A stretch of DNA of 64,000 nucleotides, from assembly GCA_964241935.1 (NCBI GenBank), contig CAXSZN010000013.1:5133-69132 (forward strand), read 5' to 3'. The notes beneath the pieces were generated by a model. That model was not told the origin of the DNA. It saw only the letters and a list, made by a program, of their open reading frames with translations, and ran no database searches. The translations under genes were made by a program, and so were the position numbers. The number at the start of each line of letters is the position of its first letter. The stretch's first letter is position 1. This document shows, one piece after another, positions 55,155 through 64,000 of this stretch. This DNA comes from an uncultured Armatimonadales bacterium (lineage in GTDB: Bacteria > Armatimonadota > Armatimonadia > Armatimonadales > Capsulimonadaceae).

Positions 55155-55327
55155 GCCTGCATATTCGAGATTTGCGCTGCAAATCCTGCTTAAAGAACAG
55201 GGCGCAGACGCCGAAAATAATACGCAAACATATTGCAATTCCTTTAGCCGCTGAGTATAATGTCACTTATCCGGCAGCGCGAAGTTTATGCATAAAATTC
55301 AATCTAGGAAGCCACGAATGGGCTGCT

Positions 55328-55683
55328 ATGAAACAGTGTCCTGTTTGTCTTGAAACGGACTCAAGTTCATTTGGCTCGAGCAAAGCCAAAAGCGATAGAT
55401 TACAAACACACCGCAACTCGTGCAAGAAAATCATTCAGGACAAGTCGTTCTCGAAAATTAGCGGCAGTCGTATCTTTATCTCAAAAAGCATCCCTGCGTA
55501 GGGTGCGGCGAAACAGACCTGTATCCGCTTCAATATGACCACAACCAGGGTGTCAAAAAAAACGCCTCTGAACTTATTGTGGATGGTTTCAAACAGGATA
55601 CAATCCTGAAAGAGACCAAGCTTTGTCAAGTTCTTTGTATTCGGTGCCACCGAAAGAAAACAGCAGGCGATCAGGGTCTTTAA
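55328..55683 (+). pseudogene. frameshifted HNH endonuclease remnant
   Basis: Frame 1 gives MKQCPVCLETDSS..C. A second frame gives ..YLYLKKHPCVGCGETDLYPLQYDHN..KLCQVLCIRCHRKKT (HNH with zinc-finger cysteines). The region is AT-rich and abuts tRNA-Lys. Confidence 0.6.
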
Positions 55684-55706
55684 ACTTTTATCGAGCGTCT
55701 TAATAT

Positions 55707-55779
55707 GGGAGTATAGCTCAGTTGGTAGAGCAGCAGACTCTTAATCTGCGGGTCCACGGTTCGAGCCCGTGTGCTCCCA
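55707..55779 (+). tRNA. tRNA-Lys (anticodon CUU)
   Basis: Acceptor GGGAGTA/TGCTCCC, anticodon stem GCAGA/TCTGC with loop CTCTTAA, and T arm CACGG-TTCGAGC-CCGTG. Confidence 0.9.
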
Positions 55780-55784
55780 TTGCA

Positions 55785-55826
55785 CAAAAAAGCCTGAATG
55801 CTAGAAATAGCATTCAGGCTTTTTTG
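55785..55826 (+). terminator. intrinsic terminator after tRNA-Lys
   Basis: AAAAAAGCCTGAATGCT-agaaat-AGCATTCAGGCTTTTTT. Confidence 0.85.
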
Positions 55827-55927
55827 GCTTCGCAGGTATAATGACGTTTTCGCGTCAAAGCGAATTGGCGCTTGTCTCCACTTCACACTCTTTGCTTCAA
55901 GCCACACATCATTTTCAAGGGAGAACC

Positions 55928-58900
55928 ATGCAGAACAATTTACGGAACAAAACATCACTGGCAGCGGAACACGACTCGGCGGAACACGACTCGGCATCAC
56001 AAGACCCGGCGCCGGGCAGGCGCAAGCTAACGCGGCGGGCATTTGTCAAAGGAGTGCTGTTCGTGGCCGGCGGCACGGGCCTCGGGCTGACTGCGTTTCG
56101 GCTGGGCGGCAGCACCCCGGTCATGGCGGCCGGCGGCGGCACGGGCAAGCCGACGCTTTATATGGTCGCAACGGCGCACATTGACTCCCAATGGAACTGG
56201 ACGGTGCAGCATGTGATCGAGCACTGCATTCCGAACACAATGCAGCCCAACTGGGCGCTGTTTGAGAAGTACCCGGCTTATAACTTCAACTTCGAGGGCG
56301 TCATCCACTATATGTGGTTCAAGGAGTACCATCCGGAAGCCTGGCCGGAGCTGCAATCCTGGGTCAAAAAGGGACGATGGAAGCTGTCGGGATCGTGGAT
56401 CAATGCTGTGGACGTGGTCAATCCCAGCCCGGAGTCACTGTTCCGGCAGGCGCTGTACGGCCAGCAGTTCTTCCGGCAGGAGTTTGGGCAGGTTTCCTCC
56501 GACATCTACCTGCCGGACTGCTTCGGCTTCCCTTACTCTCTGCCGACCATCGGACGGCACTCGGGTTTGCAGTCGTTTTCCACCCAGAAGTTTGATTTGT
56601 GGGGCGGCTGGTTCCCATCACCGTTCTCGGTCGGACGCTGGGAAGGCGCGGACGGCTCGCAGCTTGTGACTGCCTTGCGGCCCGGCTCTTACGGCCACGA
56701 TGTCCGTGCCGATACCGCCATTACCCCCGAATGGAACTCGGACATGGCAAATGCCGGCGGCAAGCAGGTGGACCTGCGCTACTTCGGCACCGGCGACCAG
56801 GGCGGAACGCCGGATGAGGCTTCGGTTTCATGGGTTCAGCACTCCGTGGATGACACCACGGCCCCGGTGCGGGTCATCAACACCAGCGCAGATCAGTTGG
56901 CGAAAGACCTGACGCCTGATGAGATCGCGGGTCTGCCGCATTACAAAGGCGAGCTGACCATGAAGACGCACGGCGTCGGCGGCTATACGTCGCAGGCGGC
57001 CCACAAAAAGTGGAACCGGATGAACGAGCAGATGGCGGATGCCGCCGAACGGGCATCGCTTGCCGCCGCCTGGCTCGGCGGGCCGGCTTATCCGCAGCAG
57101 ACGTTGAAAGAAGCCTGGATCCGCGTTTTGTGGAACCAGTTCCATGACACCATGCCCGGAACACTCACGCCGCAGGGCTATACGTTTACCTGGAATGACG
57201 ACTTACTTAATCTTAATCAGTTCTCGCACATTGTGACAACCGGCGTCGGCACTATCGCGAGGCACTTGGACACACGCACGTCAGGCGTCCCGCTTGTCGT
57301 TTATAATCCGCTGGACCAGCCGCGCACGGATGCCGTGGAAGCGACCGTCACGCTGCCCCAGGCCGCGCCGCATGTGCGCGTCTTTGACACCGTGACGGGC
57401 GCGGAAGTGCCGAGCCAGACGCTGTCTCAAAATGGGCAGAGCGCAAAAATTGTCTTTATTGCCCACGCGCTGTCGGTCGGCTGCCGCATTTATGATGTCC
57501 GGCCTTCTGAAACGGCCTGTGCCCTGAAGACGGGCCTGAGCGCATCGGCGGCAACGCTGGAAAGCCGCCGTTACCGGGTGAGCATCAGCAAGACCGGCGA
57601 CATCAGCGGCGTGTATGACAAAAAAGCGCAAACCCAGCTTCTTTCTGGGGTCAGCCACCTGGAAGGCTTCCACGACTATTCGCCGAACTGGCCGGCGTGG
57701 GAGATCCTCTACGACACCGTGCATAACCCGCCGCGCAGCATCATGCAGGACAACGCGCGGGTGCGCGTCACCGAGCATGGCCCCGCCCGCGTCGCCGTGG
57801 AAGTCTCGCGCACGCTTGGCGAAACCACTTGGGTGCAGCATCTCCGGCTCACGCCGGGCGGCGACTGGGTGGAAGTGCATAACGACGTTGACTGGCAGTC
57901 GCCGGGAACGCTGGTCAAAGCATCGTTTCCGATGACCGCGTCTAACCCGATTGCCACGTTTGACTTGGGGCTAGGCACGATTGAGCGGCCCAACGCCGAC
58001 CCGAACCGGTACGAAGTCAACGCCCAGCAGTGGGCGGATTTGACGGACGCCGGCGGCGGTCACGGCATGGCGGTTCTGACACGGTTCAAGTACGGCTGGG
58101 ACAAAACAAACGACAACACGCTGCGCTTGTCCCTGCTGCGCTCGCCCGACGGCGACAATTACCCGTGGCAGAAGACCAACGATCTGGGCATTCACCACTT
58201 CCCATATGCGCTTGCGGGACACAGCGGCGACTGGCGCTCCGGCAAAGTGGTGGGTCTGGCCGCCCGCTTCAACCAGCCGTTAACCGCATTCCAGACGGCG
58301 AAACATGCCGGAGCCGGCGGACGTGAGTTCTCGCTGCTGAAAATCAGCACGGACCAAGTCGGGATACGCGGCATGAAGAAGGCCGAAGACAGCGGCGAAT
58401 GGGTGGTCCGGGTGCAGGAGATGCACGGGCAGCCGGTGCAGGGCGCGGCAATTGCATTCACCGCCCCGATTGTTAGTGTTCGGGAAATTGACGCGACTGA
58501 GCAGGTCGTCGGGCATTACGCGGCGACGAACGGCACACTGGTAATGGACTTGACCGCTTATCAGCCGCGTTCTTTTGCCGTCACGCTGGCTCCCGCGCCG
58601 CACCCAATCGCCGCGCCAATCAGCACTCCGGTCACTCTGCCGCTGAACTTCGGCGGGGTCACGCCGCGCAGCAGCCGCGCGTCAAGCGCGTTCGACCGGA
58701 CCGGCGGCAGCTATCCCGACGAGCTTTGGCCGGCGTCGGTGTCGTCAAACGGCGCAGACTTCACACTCGGCACCGGCGCAAGCCGGATGGTGTCGTGCGT
58801 GGGCCAAACCATCGCACTGCCGGCAGGCAGCCACAACCGCCTGTACCTGCTGGCGGCGGCGGCCAATGGCGACAAATCGGGCGTGTTCACGGTTCACGGA

Positions 58901-59932
58901 GCCGGCGGCGCGGCGCACAAGACGACGCTGAAAGTTCAGGACTGGCAGGCGCTGACCGGCCAGTGGTACTCTCGCGTCACTCACAACAATCCCGGCGATC
59001 CGGCCACGTTCGGACCCGGCACGGGCTATCCCGACCCGAACTGGAACGGCAACTTGATCCTGGCGAACATGTCGGTCAAGAATGTCCGGGAGGGCCGGGC
59101 CACAGACATTGAACGGCTGACGCCGGGCTTTGTGAAGCGCGACCCAGTAGCCTGGGTTGGGACGCACCGGCACGACGTAAACGGCGACCTGCCGTACTGC
59201 TTCTGCTACCTGTTCCAGTACGCGCTGGACCTGCCAGCCGGAGCCACCAGCATAACGCTGCCCAGCAGCCCGGACATCCGCGTCATGGCGATGACGGCGG
59301 TTCAAAACGCCATTGACGACACCCGGCCCGCCGGCGTGCTGTATGAGCCGGACCCATTCCCGGCAATCACGCCGCGGACACCCGCACCGATCGCGAAGCG
59401 GCTGCCGCCCGGCACAATCGTGTTCCAGCAGGCCGGTCTTCAGACCTTCGACGGCACCCAGCGCGGCGTTTTCCAGCGTGACGTTCCCAACCTGCCCTAT
59501 GAAGGATCGGACCCGTGGACAATCAACCAGTTCGTCTACTTCGATAAGCAGCCGGAAGACCTGACCGTTATCAGCGGCTTTGGAGACGGCTCCGACACCG
59601 GCGGCCAGCAGCGGTTCTTAAGCAAGTTCAATGACGGCATCCATTTCTGGGGCAGCAATGTAGATGTGACGACCGGTGTGCCGTTTGACCTGAACAAGTG
59701 GCAGATGGTCACGCTGACCTACGACGGCGCGACGCTGACGATCTACAAGAACGGCGAAGTCATCAAGACCGCATCGCTCTCGCTCAGCGATGCCGCCAGC
59801 GTTGTTCAAATCGGCACGCACGGTCCGTGGAATAACTACGAGATGAGCGGCCGGGTCTCCGGGTTCGCGATCTGGAACTCCGCGCTTGACGCCGGCGCCG
59901 TCAAGTCGCAGATGGCGCACATGCCGCAGTAA
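55928..59932 (+). CDS. GH38 alpha-mannosidase with Tat-type signal and a C-terminal LamG/concanavalin-like domain
   Basis: RRKLTRRAFVKG twin-arginine motif. LYMVATAHIDSQWNW and WNQFHDTMPGT are GH38 hallmarks. The C-terminal ..WQMVTLTYDGATLTIYKNGE.. is LamG-like. An in-frame 15-bp duplication gives AEHDSAEHDS. Confidence 0.8.
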   Translation: MQNNLRNKTSLAAEHDSAEHDSASQDPAPGRRKLTRRAFVKGVLFVAGGTGLGLTAFRLGGSTPVMAAGGGTGKPTLYMVATAHIDSQWNWTVQHVIEHCIPNTMQPNWALFEKYPAYNFNFEGVIHYMWFKEYHPEAWPELQSWVKKGRWKLSGSWINAVDVVNPSPESLFRQALYGQQFFRQEFGQVSSDIYLPDCFGFPYSLPTIGRHSGLQSFSTQKFDLWGGWFPSPFSVGRWEGADGSQLVTALRPGSYGHDVRADTAITPEWNSDMANAGGKQVDLRYFGTGDQGGTPDEASVSWVQHSVDDTTAPVRVINTSADQLAKDLTPDEIAGLPHYKGELTMKTHGVGGYTSQAAHKKWNRMNEQMADAAERASLAAAWLGGPAYPQQTLKEAWIRVLWNQFHDTMPGTLTPQGYTFTWNDDLLNLNQFSHIVTTGVGTIARHLDTRTSGVPLVVYNPLDQPRTDAVEATVTLPQAAPHVRVFDTVTGAEVPSQTLSQNGQSAKIVFIAHALSVGCRIYDVRPSETACALKTGLSASAATLESRRYRVSISKTGDISGVYDKKAQTQLLSGVSHLEGFHDYSPNWPAWEILYDTVHNPPRSIMQDNARVRVTEHGPARVAVEVSRTLGETTWVQHLRLTPGGDWVEVHNDVDWQSPGTLVKASFPMTASNPIATFDLGLGTIERPNADPNRYEVNAQQWADLTDAGGGHGMAVLTRFKYGWDKTNDNTLRLSLLRSPDGDNYPWQKTNDLGIHHFPYALAGHSGDWRSGKVVGLAARFNQPLTAFQTAKHAGAGGREFSLLKISTDQVGIRGMKKAEDSGEWVVRVQEMHGQPVQGAAIAFTAPIVSVREIDATEQVVGHYAATNGTLVMDLTAYQPRSFAVTLAPAPHPIAAPISTPVTLPLNFGGVTPRSSRASSAFDRTGGSYPDELWPASVSSNGADFTLGTGASRMVSCVGQTIALPAGSHNRLYLLAAAANGDKSGVFTVHGAGGAAHKTTLKVQDWQALTGQWYSRVTHNNPGDPATFGPGTGYPDPNWNGNLILANMSVKNVREGRATDIERLTPGFVKRDPVAWVGTHRHDVNGDLPYCFCYLFQYALDLPAGATSITLPSSPDIRVMAMTAVQNAIDDTRPAGVLYEPDPFPAITPRTPAPIAKRLPPGTIVFQQAGLQTFDGTQRGVFQRDVPNLPYEGSDPWTINQFVYFDKQPEDLTVISGFGDGSDTGGQQRFLSKFNDGIHFWGSNVDVTTGVPFDLNKWQMVTLTYDGATLTIYKNGEVIKTASLSLSDAASVVQIGTHGPWNNYEMSGRVSGFAIWNSALDAGAVKSQMAHMPQ

Positions 59933-59975
59933 CAAAACCGGCACGGGAAACTTTCCCGTGCCGGTTCTTTCGGAC

Positions 59976-60746
59976 CTAGCGGTCCAGCCGCTTCACGCCG
60001 TCGAGCGCCGCCAGTGCCAGCACACGCGGCTTGACAATCGCCGTCCAAGCTTCGTAGCCCTGGGCGTTGAAATGCAGGTTGTCGGCCCGCAGCAGATTGG
60101 CGGGCGGCTGGCCGTCGGGGGTCAGCAGAACGTCATGCGAGTCGATGAAATTCAGCTTCTCGGCTGGAGAATTGTTTTCAAACGTCCATTCTTCAATAGA
60201 ATGGTTTAGCTTCAAAGTCGCATCTTCCAGGTTCCAGCGGGAAACGGTCGGGTTGACCGAGATGTAAACAATGCGCGTGTCCGGGAGGGCTGCATGGACT
60301 TTAGCCACAAAGTCCTTGTACTCTTGGAACACCTGCGGGGCCGTTTTGTTGCCGTAAGCCAGATCATTCGTGCCCGCGCAGAAGACAATGATCTTGGGCT
60401 TGTAAGGCACCGCGATGCGGTCCACATACAGCGTGTTCTCGAAGATCTGCGAGCCGCCGAACCCGCGATTGATTGTCGGAATTTCCGGAAAGTCGCGTGC
60501 CGTGTCCCACATCCGAATGCTGGAGCTGCCCATAAACAGCACCGCCCCCGCCGGCGGCATTTGTTTCTGGTCGGCCTTCAGGAACGCATTCATCTCCGGC
60601 GCGGCGTCCGCAGCGGCGGGCAAAGGCAGCAAAGCCGGAGCGGGAGATTGCGCTGTCACCGGCAGACAGCCAAAGCCGAGCGAGAACGTGCCCAGCACCA
60701 AAGCGCCTGCGAGCAGCCGTGGCGAAAGAAGCTTGATTTGTTTCAT
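59976..60746 (-). CDS. SGNH/GDSL family hydrolase with signal peptide
   Basis: FMGSSSI (block I Ser), GFGGSQ, GTND and DNLHFN (block V). Confidence 0.8.
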   Translation of the reverse strand: MKQIKLLSPRLLAGALVLGTFSLGFGCLPVTAQSPAPALLPLPAAADAAPEMNAFLKADQKQMPPAGAVLFMGSSSIRMWDTARDFPEIPTINRGFGGSQIFENTLYVDRIAVPYKPKIIVFCAGTNDLAYGNKTAPQVFQEYKDFVAKVHAALPDTRIVYISVNPTVSRWNLEDATLKLNHSIEEWTFENNSPAEKLNFIDSHDVLLTPDGQPPANLLRADNLHFNAQGYEAWTAIVKPRVLALAALDGVKRLDR

Positions 60747-60812
60747 ATCATTCCTCACTGCTTCCAGTATACCGAATTTTATCATACCTACTGACTGAAA
60801 AAATAGCACCCA

Positions 60813-61418
60813 ATGACTGAAAACCAACGCTGGTTCAAACCGATTATCGCGGCATTGCGTCAAATAGATACCGAAGAAGACCTTCAGCGGGACTTGGAGC
60901 AGGAAGACCGGCGCACGGAAGAAGCGCTGATGCAGGGGCCGCTGGACGCGGATTTAGTGCGTCACTTGTTTGAGCAGCATGACCCGCTGGCGCTGGTGCT
61001 GCGGGCCAGGCTGCATTTGGAAGACGTGCTGGATGCCGTCATCGCCAAACGCTTCAAGAACGCCGAGGTTCTGCTGCAAGGCCGCTCGTACTCCTTCTCG
61101 GTCAAGATGGACCTGCTGCGGGCCGCGAACTATCTGGACCAGAAAATATACCATGATTTGCACGGGGTGAGCCGCCTCCGCAACAGCTACGCACACCATT
61201 TGTCGTCAAACATCGGCGAGTACGATTTAAGCGTTTTTACTGACTGCGCCGGCCTCAAAGCCATCACACAGAAGTTTGACACGCCTGCCGCACGGGAGCG
61301 CCTGAACATCTTCTTTTTTCGTCAGATTGCCTTGCAGCTCCTGCGGCGGCTGGTAGTGCGGCACAAATTATGTCCGCAGAAAGCCTCGTATGCTGCCGCC
61401 GACAGAACAACTTCTTGA
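60813..61418 (+). CDS. MtlR/DUF4145-like HEPN-type protein (Rx4H motif)
   Basis: FSVKMDLLRAANYLDQKIYHDLHGVSRLRNSYAHH resembles the MtlR-like/HEPN RN..AH signature. Confidence 0.5.
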   Translation: MTENQRWFKPIIAALRQIDTEEDLQRDLEQEDRRTEEALMQGPLDADLVRHLFEQHDPLALVLRARLHLEDVLDAVIAKRFKNAEVLLQGRSYSFSVKMDLLRAANYLDQKIYHDLHGVSRLRNSYAHHLSSNIGEYDLSVFTDCAGLKAITQKFDTPAARERLNIFFFRQIALQLLRRLVVRHKLCPQKASYAAADRTTS

Positions 61419-61474
61419 CAAGGTGCAGCGGTTTGTGCCGCATTCGGTGCTGCTTGTTTCGCCGTAGGACGCTG

Positions 61475-62308
61475 ATGAACGATTATTACCGCTTGTACCA
61501 ATCTCTTTATGACGCACTGCCCCTGCCTCAAGCAGCGATTGATATTGCTTTTCGGAACATCGCGCTTCCCTTTTACTCCGCTGAAAACTCGTTTGATGCC
61601 TATGGCTTTGTTCCGGCGCTGCTGCCGCTGTGGACTGGGGATGGGATACCGACCTATACCGGCTACTGGAAGCACTGGTTCGGCACACGTCAGATGACTT
61701 TGGTCCAAGTAAACGTAGAAGAATTTTATGGAACGCGAGAAGTGGCCCGTACTTTTCCTCAGCTCGCCTGCGAAGCGGTACTTTGCGCTATTGAATCCAT
61801 CCATGCGTTGACGCCTGAAATCACTGAGTTTGGCACAAAAGCGGGACTGGCCCTGGCGGAAATGCAGCAAATTGAAGAAGCGTGGCAGGAACATGGAAAT
61901 GAAGCCGCCGGACTGATTTCGCTCCCGGCGTTCGCGTCTGCTCCACCGCTTGCCTGCTTTTGGGAAGAAGATGGGTATCAGGGTTATGCTGGTGACTTTC
62001 CTCATGGAGCCATGGAGCTGACTGAAGAAGCCGTCAGAAACATGTGTACGGAGGAAGCAAGCCCGGAACTTCATCGGCGGATTGCCGCGCTGCCTTTCGC
62101 GCCGGCTTGGTTTACGACAAAGACGCAGGCTCCAGTCTTTGATGCGCTTTTGCAGCAGGGGGATTATCAAGGAGCCTGGATGTCCCTTAACTCCACAGGC
62201 TGGCGGTTTGCGGAAGCAAAAGACGCGCTGCACCGGCTGGCTCGGGCCGCAAACGTCCCTGGCCTGGACTTGCTGGCGGCAGCTTGGGCTGCGGTACCGC
62301 ATGAGTAA
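61475..62308 (+). CDS. hypothetical protein
   Basis: 277 aa starting MNDYYRLYQSLY. Composition is protein-like, whereas the overlapping 359-aa minus ORF is Arg-rich junk. I recognised no domain. Confidence 0.5.
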   Translation: MNDYYRLYQSLYDALPLPQAAIDIAFRNIALPFYSAENSFDAYGFVPALLPLWTGDGIPTYTGYWKHWFGTRQMTLVQVNVEEFYGTREVARTFPQLACEAVLCAIESIHALTPEITEFGTKAGLALAEMQQIEEAWQEHGNEAAGLISLPAFASAPPLACFWEEDGYQGYAGDFPHGAMELTEEAVRNMCTEEASPELHRRIAALPFAPAWFTTKTQAPVFDALLQQGDYQGAWMSLNSTGWRFAEAKDALHRLARAANVPGLDLLAAAWAAVPHE

Positions 62309-62493
62309 ATACGTCTTCTCGCGCTTTAGGTGGTCACACTGTATTAAGACTTCATCAGCTTCTTTGTGCTTGATTTTGCCAAAGGCCGCTGCGGGCTGCA
62401 AGACCGCCTTTCAGAAACTGTGATACTGAAGCTCTCCTACCCTCTGTGCAGGAAGGCGGCAAAGACGGCAGGGAATGCTGGGAGGAAGACAGC

Positions 62494-63087
62494 ATGATTG
62501 ACGAAGCATCGGCGCGGGCAGCCATCGAGCGCTGCCGGCAAATCACCTGGCAGAGAGATCCCCGCCGCCTCAGCTCGCAAGTGGCTTTGATCAAGGAGTT
62601 TCTGCGCCGGGCGGCGGCTGCCGCCGAGGCGTTGGGCGCCTCGAAAGAGTGGCGCTGGGACGATTACACCCGCCTGCTGCCTTTGCCGGGCATTGACCGG
62701 CAGTTTCTGCCGGGATGGACCTTCCTGGATCATTATGGGAAATCGGAGTATCATGGTCCTGGACTGGACCTGCTGGAAGAAGAAGTCGCCGCGCTGCAAG
62801 TGCACATACATACAATCAGCTCGCACGGAGGCTATTATGGCAAGCGGGCCTGCGGGTGGTATATCCGCTGGGCCTCGGTCAAAAACCTGCCGCCGGTCGC
62901 GGCGCTCGGCCTGCCGGATCCCTACGAGCCGCTGATCCTCTTTTACGAGCGTGGCGGCAGTTTCCACCGGGAGTCAAACTTTCTGGAGCTGGACGGGGCG
63001 AATGTGATCCTCAGCGCCTACTTCAATCTGCCGCCACTCCCACTGGACACGGCGGCATTGGACGCGCTCGACGCGCCGGAGCCGTAG
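62494..63087 (+). CDS. hypothetical protein
   Basis: 197 aa starting MIDEASARAAIERC. I recognised no domain. Confidence 0.5.
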   Translation: MIDEASARAAIERCRQITWQRDPRRLSSQVALIKEFLRRAAAAAEALGASKEWRWDDYTRLLPLPGIDRQFLPGWTFLDHYGKSEYHGPGLDLLEEEVAALQVHIHTISSHGGYYGKRACGWYIRWASVKNLPPVAALGLPDPYEPLILFYERGGSFHRESNFLELDGANVILSAYFNLPPLPLDTAALDALDAPEP

Positions 63088-63224
63088 ATTAAGCTGGGCG
63101 TTTAACCCCTATGGCGTCCAGAGGAGGCATGGTTACAGCCGGCATCCAAAACGCTATTTCTGCGTCTTGTTTGTACATTCCAAAAAAGCCTGCTTGTTCA
63201 GCATCTCGCCCATCGGCTTCTCTG

Positions 63225-63252
63225 TTGACAAATTGCACGTTTCAGGTATAAT
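63225..63252 (+). promoter_or_regulatory. near-consensus sigma-70 promoter of tRNA-Leu
   Basis: TTGACA (63225-63230), a 16-nt spacer, then TATAAT (63247-63252), 15 nt before the tRNA 5' end. Confidence 0.75.
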
Positions 63253-63267
63253 AACGCTGCCCCAGGA

Positions 63268-63350
63268 GCCGAAGTGGCGGAATGGCAGACGCGGAGGTCT
63301 CAAAAACCTTTGGGGGCAACCTCGTGGGGGTTCGAGTCCCCCCTTCGGCA
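63268..63350 (+). tRNA. tRNA-Leu (anticodon CAA), long variable arm
   Basis: Acceptor GCCGAAG/CTTCGGC, anticodon loop CTCAAAA, a long variable arm, and T arm GGGGG-TTCGAGT-CCCCC. Confidence 0.9.
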
Positions 63351-63369
63351 GTGAATTGAACAGTGAAAT

Positions 63370-63409
63370 AAAAACAGCCGGCTCTTCGGAAGAAGAGCCG
63401 GCTGTTTTA
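63370..63409. terminator. intrinsic terminator (bidirectional shape) after tRNA-Leu
   Basis: AAAAACAGCCGGCTCTTC-ggaa-GAAGAGCCGGCTGTTTT. Confidence 0.85.
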
Positions 63410-63421
63410 CGTTCGAAGATG

Positions 63422-64000
63422 CTACTGCCGCTCGCGGACATCGCGCAGGTACTTGACGTGGCCGTCAAAGAAGACCCGGTTGCGCCCGCCAAAGTGGACC
63501 GCGACACCGCGCAAGCTCGCCGGAGAACTGAGAGCATCAGGAAAGTACGGGTCTACGGCAAGCTCTAAGTCGGACTCGCTGTCCGGCACGAGCGGAAAAA
63601 TCGTCGTTTCCGGCATCGGACCGGTATTTTGCGCGTCTATGTCTGCAATGCAAGCGCTCGGTGTCTTGCCCCAGCAGTCGGTCTGCTTGAACGGATTTTC
63701 ATGGCGGTCAAAGCGCCACATCCAGTAGCGTGTCGTCAGACCTCCCTCGGTCTCTTTCACACGTGGGTCTTCCCCAAGCGCCGTGCCGGAAACACTTGGG
63801 CAGGTCCAGATCGCGTCGCCTTTGATGTATGGGTTCAGCACCAAAGCAGCCCAAGCGCAGCGCGGGTCTGAGAATGGAAAGCCGGCACCCCAGGGCGGCG
63901 ATTGGGCTGTCGTGGGCAGGGGCAGCATGTACGGCGCTTTGAGGTCGCGCCGGTCCGGCAGCAGTTCGTCACTGTCCTGCTCGTACTGGATCATCGCCAG
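63422..64000 (-). CDS. C-terminal part of a DUF1559 / H-X9-DG prepilin-associated protein (5' end outside the window)
   Basis: The C-terminal VHFGGRNRVFFDGHVKYL fits the H-X9-DG motif exactly. The frame is open to the window edge. Confidence 0.7.
   Translation of the reverse strand: MAMIQYEQDSDELLPDRRDLKAPYMLPLPTTAQSPPWGAGFPFSDPRCAWAALVLNPYIKGDAIWTCPSVSGTALGEDPRVKETEGGLTTRYWMWRFDRHENPFKQTDCWGKTPSACIADIDAQNTGPMPETTIFPLVPDSESDLELAVDPYFPDALSSPASLRGVAVHFGGRNRVFFDGHVKYLRDVRERQ

Noticed and set aside
1-64000. Autonomous mobile elements, prophage, integron or CRISPR-Cas
   Set aside because: No transposase, integrase, recombinase, phage structural or cas-like translation was seen in any frame. The abundant repeats are therefore treated as non-autonomous (MITE/REP-like).

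Overview
This is a high-GC bacterial chromosomal window with no rRNA, CRISPR array, transposase or integrase. I could not assign an organism. An H-X9-DG/DUF1559-type protein at the right edge suggests a Planctomycetes/Armatimonadetes/Verrucomicrobia-like lineage, but that is only a hint.

The backbone is housekeeping and signalling genes:
- Metabolism and transport: gamma-glutamyltransferase, APC permease, a GT4 glycosyltransferase, several SDRs, a Zn-ADH, a ROK kinase and a photolyase.
- Carbohydrate-active genes: a CE7 esterase, a CE4 deacetylase, a frameshifted sialate O-acetylesterase, and a GH38 mannosidase fused to a LamG domain.
- Signalling and motility: two large c-di-GMP signalling proteins, a PilZ protein, pilT and csrA.
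- Others: an ABC-F ATPase, a fused GMC oxidoreductase, and three tRNAs (Arg-UCG, Lys-CUU, Leu-CAA).

The dominant structure is a minus-strand ilv-leu operon (ilvB, ilvN, ilvC, leuA, leuB, cimA; about 37.6 to 24.5 kb). It sits behind a consensus sigma-70 promoter and a clear T-box leader. The operon is interrupted at almost every junction by co-oriented accessory genes and by palindromic MITE/REP-like elements. The accessory genes are a Zn-ribbon gene, mazEF, a membrane protein + HEPN + small acidic protein + SMI1/KNR4 cassette, a GNAT, an SDR and an orphan gene.

Immediately upstream lies an AT-richer islet. It holds an EndoU-like toxin/immunity pair and an EEP-nuclease/small-partner pair.

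The most novel-looking signals are:
- A tandemly duplicated 35-codon ORF with convergent sense and antisense transcription signals, a candidate type I toxin-antitoxin (1762-2275).
- The toxin cargo wired into the T-box-controlled operon.
- Six 17-bp GGA-containing tandem repeats forming the pilT leader, near csrA.
- A near-identical sigma-54-like -24/-12 element upstream of csrA and of the GT4 gene.
- At least six families of nested-hairpin intergenic repeats that share internal modules.

All calls come from reading the sequence and ORF translations by eye. No database search was run.
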